Shown: positions 7,436 through 10,578 of the stretch, in pieces
How positions within the stretch are numbered: the stretch's first letter is position 1
Layout: each line of letters opens with the position of its first letter
Assembly (NCBI GenBank): GCA_031367385.1
Contig: JANLPS010000404.1
Span: 1 to 10,578, forward strand
Reading direction: 5' to 3'
DNA: 10,578 nt
Source: Archangium sp.
GTDB lineage: Bacteria; Myxococcota; Myxococcia; Myxococcales; Myxococcaceae
Made by a program: the position numbers and the translations under genes
Notes under the pieces: model-generated
Told to the model about the DNA's origin: nothing
The model's database searches: none
The model's input: only the letters and a program-made list of their open reading frames with translations

Positions 7436-7879
7436 TCACGTCGTTCGCACGATCGACTTGCCCGCCGCGAGCCACTTCTCAGCCACCCGCTCTTTGAGCT
7501 GGCCCCCGTCGAGCACTTCGGTGATGAAGACCTCGACGCCGCGCTCCGGCGGAAACGAGCGCTCGCCGGAGACGTCACCGACACAGAACGCGTCGATGGG
7601 ACAAGCGGGCTTCGAGAAATAGGTCGAATAGTGAAAGACCTGTGCTCGCACCGAATCGACCCAGAGCGAGCCACCTTCGTCGCCATAGGCGCACATGATC
7701 ACCGTGGCCACCTCGAGCGTGTTGCAGACGAGGGTGACGCACGACCGAAAATACGCCGACTCCGCCCACACGTTGCCGCTGACGGCGAGCACGCTGTCGT
7801 AGCCATCGCCGCCCGCACCTCCATCGAGATACCCGTCGACCACGAGATCACCCGCGACGGCGACCGCGAAGCCCAGCGC
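7436..7879 (-). pseudogene. Hypothetical protein, probably lacking its N-terminus; beta-solenoid/bactofilin-like repeats
   Basis: Coding-like frame ALGFAVAVAGDLVVDGYLD...VLAVSGNVWAESAY extends upstream of the GTG at 7843 with no other start codon before the stop at 7916-7918. Codons are G/C-ending. Confidence 0.5.
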
Positions 7880-8147
7880 TGAGCGACTGTCCTGCTGGGT
7901 TGGCCGGCCCGTCGATCACATCGAACCCGAGGTCACCTCGGTTGGCATGCAGTGACTGCATTTCTGACAGATCGGGGGTCGGGGCCGCGAATTTCCCAAG
8001 CCACCCCTTGGAGCGTTCGACCAACGCGCTGCCGACGCTTTGCAGCGGCGCCAGCAATGACTTTGCAGGCACGATGACGGGGCGAGCCTCGATGCCCGGT
8101 CGGGTGCCGAAGATGCGAGACGGAGGCAGCTGGATCGGAAGTTTCAA
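7848..8147 (-). CDS. Hypothetical protein (99 aa, possibly an N-terminal fragment)
   Basis: TTG start with AGGA 7 nt upstream; Pro-rich N-terminus MKLPIQLPPSRIFGTRP. The last ~10 codons overlap the downstream fragment out of frame. Confidence 0.45.
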   Translation of the reverse strand: MKLPIQLPPSRIFGTRPGIEARPVIVPAKSLLAPLQSVGSALVERSKGWLGKFAAPTPDLSEMQSLHANRGDLGFDVIDGPANPAGQSLSAGLRGRRRG

Positions 8148-8284
8148 AACGAGTTCCTAGGCGAGGCCAGCTTTGACTTTTGTGGTTGCATCTCTGGTGG
8201 GGCCTCTTTCGTGTCACTTCGATTCGAATCGCAGAAACGGCGAGGCTTCGAGAACACGCGAGTGTGTTGATGGTTTCAGGCACC

Positions 8285-8334
8285 GAGCCCGTGGGAAAAC
8301 AGCTGATATTTCAATGGCTTCTATGCAGGGGCTC
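8285..8334. repeat. 50-bp element bounded by imperfect inverted repeats with an AT-rich core
   Basis: GAGCCCGTG (8285-8293) and CAGGGGCTC (8326-8334) form an 8/9 inverted match around GGAAAACAGCTGATATTTCAATGGCTTCTATG. Confidence 0.4.
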
Positions 8335-8335
8335 A

Positions 8336-8579
8336 GGCGACCTCAACCCGCTCATCGAGAGGTGGGTGGCGTCGAACGTCAACCACTCGCCGGCGATGTT
8401 TCTGGCTGCCGGCCAAGCAACCACCTGCCGCCAAGGCCGCGGTCTCCGCGTCAAAGGCAGCGAACGTCGACGGCGTTCAGGTCAGCGCCACCAAGACGCA
8501 GCTGGCCGTCAGAGTGCCCTTCGACGGAGTCGCCGCGCTTGGCAAGGCCTCGGCTGCGTTCACGTTGCCCAGCAGTTGA
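8336..8579 (+). pseudogene. 3' fragment of an unknown gene with a 1-nt frameshift
   Basis: GDLNPLIERWVASNVNHSPAM(F) continues as FWLPAKQPPAAKAAVSASKAANVDGVQVSATKTQLAVRVPFDGVAALGKASAAFTLPSS* if one T is removed from 8399-8401. Both parts have G/C-ending codons. The stop at 8577-8579 is 4 bp from the convergent stop at 8584. Confidence 0.45.
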
Positions 8580-8583
8580 AGTC

Positions 8584-9897
8584 TCAGCGGGGCCGGGTCG
8601 CGGTGACCTTGACCGAGTCGAGCTTGCCCGCGGTCGCTAGGAGCGCGTCGCCAAGCAGCGAAATGCGTTCAGGCAGCGCCGCCAGCACATTGCCCGCGAA
8701 CCGATCAGGCGGCATCAGCTCAAAGGTACCGGGGCGTTGATTGCGCTCGAAGGTACCATCGAGCTTCGCCAGCGCCTGCCGCAGCACCTCATGCGTCTCG
8801 CGGCTGAAGGTCTCGTTCGTCAACAGCTCGAGGGTGTCTGGCAGATGGCCGTCTTGAAGCGGCTCGGTCAGCACGCTCGCGTTCGGCACCAATCGCTTCA
8901 ACGTCGCAGCATCGAGCGCGAAGGGGTCATTCGAACGCGGCTCGACCAAGACGCGCAGCTGCCGCACCAGCGCCTCACCCGGGGTGTACTGCGAATGCGC
9001 CAGGTAGGTGCCCATGGCCGTCGTGAACATGGGCCGCTTCTGTTCGTGACCCGCCATCAGCGCGAGTGAGCCGGTGAACGAGTTGGCGGTACCCACATCG
9101 AGCTCGAGCGAACGAACTTCTCGCATCAGCGTGCTGATCACCCTCAGCTCGCGCTTCACGTGAGGGGCGGGGTGCTCGTGGCCGTCGAGGAGCTTCGCAA
9201 AGTCTTCGTTGACCTGCGTCACGTTGCGAATTCGACGCCCGAGCGCCGTGTCAATCAGCGCGAGCACGCCCAGGTGATAGGCAATTTCATGGGGTCGCAG
9301 CTTCGGGTCGGCGAGCCCCAAGGGGAAGGCGACCTCGAAGCCCTTTCGGGTTTGAAGCGAGAGACCGGAGAGCTGATCAGCTGCCACCAGGCCGGCCTCG
9401 ACTGGCTGGTAGGCGAAGGTCGGCTTGTCGTGTGCCTTGAGCCAGGTGTTGGCGTCGCGCAGCCGCCGCACCACGAAGGCCGCATCGGGCACCCCCAACG
9501 TGGTCATGGCCCCTTTGAGTTTTACCGTGAAGCCGAGCAGCTCGGCAGCGGTGGGCCCCACGGCGGCAATCGGCGCGCGCGGGTCGCCTTGCGGCGTGCC
9601 GCTATCGGGGTAGGCCTTGGCCGTTGACGACCAGTCGGTGCCGGCGAGGTGCAGCACTTCATACCGGCCCTCGGGTGAGCGGCCACCCGAGACGACCGTC
9701 GGCTGGGCGCCTCGCTCGAACTTGGTCGTTTGCTCGGCGAGAACGTTCTTCAACAAGTCGCCGTAGCTGGGCGCCCAGGCACCACCGGCGCTGCCCAGCG
9801 GTCGATCATACGCACTCAACGCCGGGGCACGGATCTCAGTTTTCGGCGCCACGACATCTGACTTCACGTATCGCGCGATTTTGAAGAAGCCCACCAC
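8584..9897 (-). CDS. Hypothetical protein (~436-437 aa)
   Basis: Long uninterrupted ORF with host-like G/C-ending codons. AGGAAAGG precedes tandem GTG GTG (start 9897 or 9894). No recognisable domain. Confidence 0.8.
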   Translation of the reverse strand: MVGFFKIARYVKSDVVAPKTEIRAPALSAYDRPLGSAGGAWAPSYGDLLKNVLAEQTTKFERGAQPTVVSGGRSPEGRYEVLHLAGTDWSSTAKAYPDSGTPQGDPRAPIAAVGPTAAELLGFTVKLKGAMTTLGVPDAAFVVRRLRDANTWLKAHDKPTFAYQPVEAGLVAADQLSGLSLQTRKGFEVAFPLGLADPKLRPHEIAYHLGVLALIDTALGRRIRNVTQVNEDFAKLLDGHEHPAPHVKRELRVISTLMREVRSLELDVGTANSFTGSLALMAGHEQKRPMFTTAMGTYLAHSQYTPGEALVRQLRVLVEPRSNDPFALDAATLKRLVPNASVLTEPLQDGHLPDTLELLTNETFSRETHEVLRQALAKLDGTFERNQRPGTFELMPPDRFAGNVLAALPERISLLGDALLATAGKLDSVKVTATRPR

Positions 9898-9989
9898 CCT
9901 TTCCTACACGAGGTCGGTGGTCGAGAACAGGTGGGGTGGCCCAACGACAGTCGGTGACCGCATCGACCTCGGTTCATCTCGGGTGAGCC

Positions 9990-9998
9990 TGGTATGGT
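9990..9998 (+). promoter_or_regulatory. Extended -10 promoter element (TGn-TATGGT), probably giving a leaderless transcript
   Basis: TGGTATGGT ends 6 nt before the GTG at 10005; no Shine-Dalgarno sequence upstream. Confidence 0.45.
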
Positions 9999-10004
9999 CA
10001 GTTC

Positions 10005-10349
10005 GTGTTGACGCGGAAAAACGTGCTGGCGTACCTGAATCGTGACTGGGCCGCGGCGCGAGCGTCGAAAGACCGCGCGTTTGGTCGGTATGTCGAAGCG
10101 CAGGGCGCCGAAGCGGCGTTGAAGCTGGGGCAGGCGTTGCTCGACCAGGTCTGGCCTCGAATCAAAGAAATGAAGTCGCGCGACATTTCCGGGCTGCTCG
10201 AATTGCGAAGGAAACTCGACCTTGCCGAAGCCGAACGTCGCCGCCTTGCTGCAGAAAATCGCGATAGCGCTCAAGCCGCTGAAGACCCGGTGGTTCGTAT
10301 TCGGCGCCCAAGCCGTCGTCGCAGCAGGCGCAAGCCGCTCAACCGCTGA
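10005..10349 (+). CDS. Small helical hypothetical protein, candidate antitoxin/partner of the downstream nucleotidyltransferase
   Basis: MLTRKNVLAYLNRDWAAARASKDRAF...GAEAALKLGQALLDQVWP: charged and helical. It overlaps the downstream gene by 128 bp; the Arg-rich tail is dictated by that overlap. Confidence 0.7.
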   Translation: MLTRKNVLAYLNRDWAAARASKDRAFGRYVEAQGAEAALKLGQALLDQVWPRIKEMKSRDISGLLELRRKLDLAEAERRRLAAENRDSAQAAEDPVVRIRRPSRRRSRRKPLNR

Positions 10350-10578
10350 TCTCGATCTCACCGTCGAGGCGAGCGACCTTCGAGCGCTGTTGCGGGCAAT
10401 GAAGAAGGCCGGGCTCGTGCCGCGTCGCGACATCGATGACCTCGATGAAGTCATGGAGCACCTGCGCGTTCTGCCCCTCGAGCAACGCACGACCGGGTTT
10501 CAGGTCGACGTCGTGCGTGCAGGGCCTGGCCTTGAAGAGCTCATGCTCGACCGAGCCATCGTGCGCCGCATCGGGCGT
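10222..10578 (+). CDS. Nucleotidyltransferase (AbiEii/DUF6036-like, Pol-beta superfamily), partial; runs off the window
   Basis: Not in the ORF track. TTG at 10222 with AAGGA upstream. Reads MPKPNVAALLQKIAIALKPLKTRWFVFGAQAVVAAGASRSTADLDLTVE...FQVDVVRAGPGLEELMLDRAIVRRIGR, with hG[A/G]xA...RxTxDxD and a third Asp in VDVV; 119 codons with no stop. Confidence 0.85.
   Translation, partial: MPKPNVAALLQKIAIALKPLKTRWFVFGAQAVVAAGASRSTADLDLTVEASDLRALLRAMKKAGLVPRRDIDDLDEVMEHLRVLPLEQRTTGFQVDVVRAGPGLEELMLDRAIVRRIGR

Noticed and set aside
8220..8268. 12-bp palindrome CGATTCGAATCG and hairpin AACAC-GCGAGT-GTGTT
   Set aside because: Could be operators for the 8147 gene, but TCGA-rich palindromes are frequent in this sequence and there is no supporting context.
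9864..10490. 208-aa minus-strand ORF
   Set aside because: Antisense to the motif-bearing plus-strand pair; Arg/Ser-rich non-coding character.

Overview
GC-rich bacterial window; gene style suggests Myxococcota/Deltaproteobacteria, which is an inference. The left two-thirds is a co-oriented minus-strand cation/metal-homeostasis block: a heavy-metal-binding lipoprotein, a TolC-type outer-membrane protein, a Tat-exported two-domain multicopper oxidase, a structured RNA matching the nhaA-I (Li+-I) riboswitch, the nhaA Na+(Li+)/H+ antiporter, a LysR regulator, and a frameshifted, truncated beta-propeller lactonase-like lipoprotein. A ~120-bp IS3-family right-end remnant sits 33 bp upstream of the first gene. 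Positions 7290-8580 are a patchwork of gene fragments, including a 50-bp inverted-repeat-bounded element. An uncharacterised 437-aa gene follows. Divergent from it is a probably leaderless two-gene module (small helical protein plus AbiEii/DUF6036-like nucleotidyltransferase, the latter missing from the ORF track) resembling a toxin-antitoxin pair. Family assignments come from motif recognition by eye; no searches were run.
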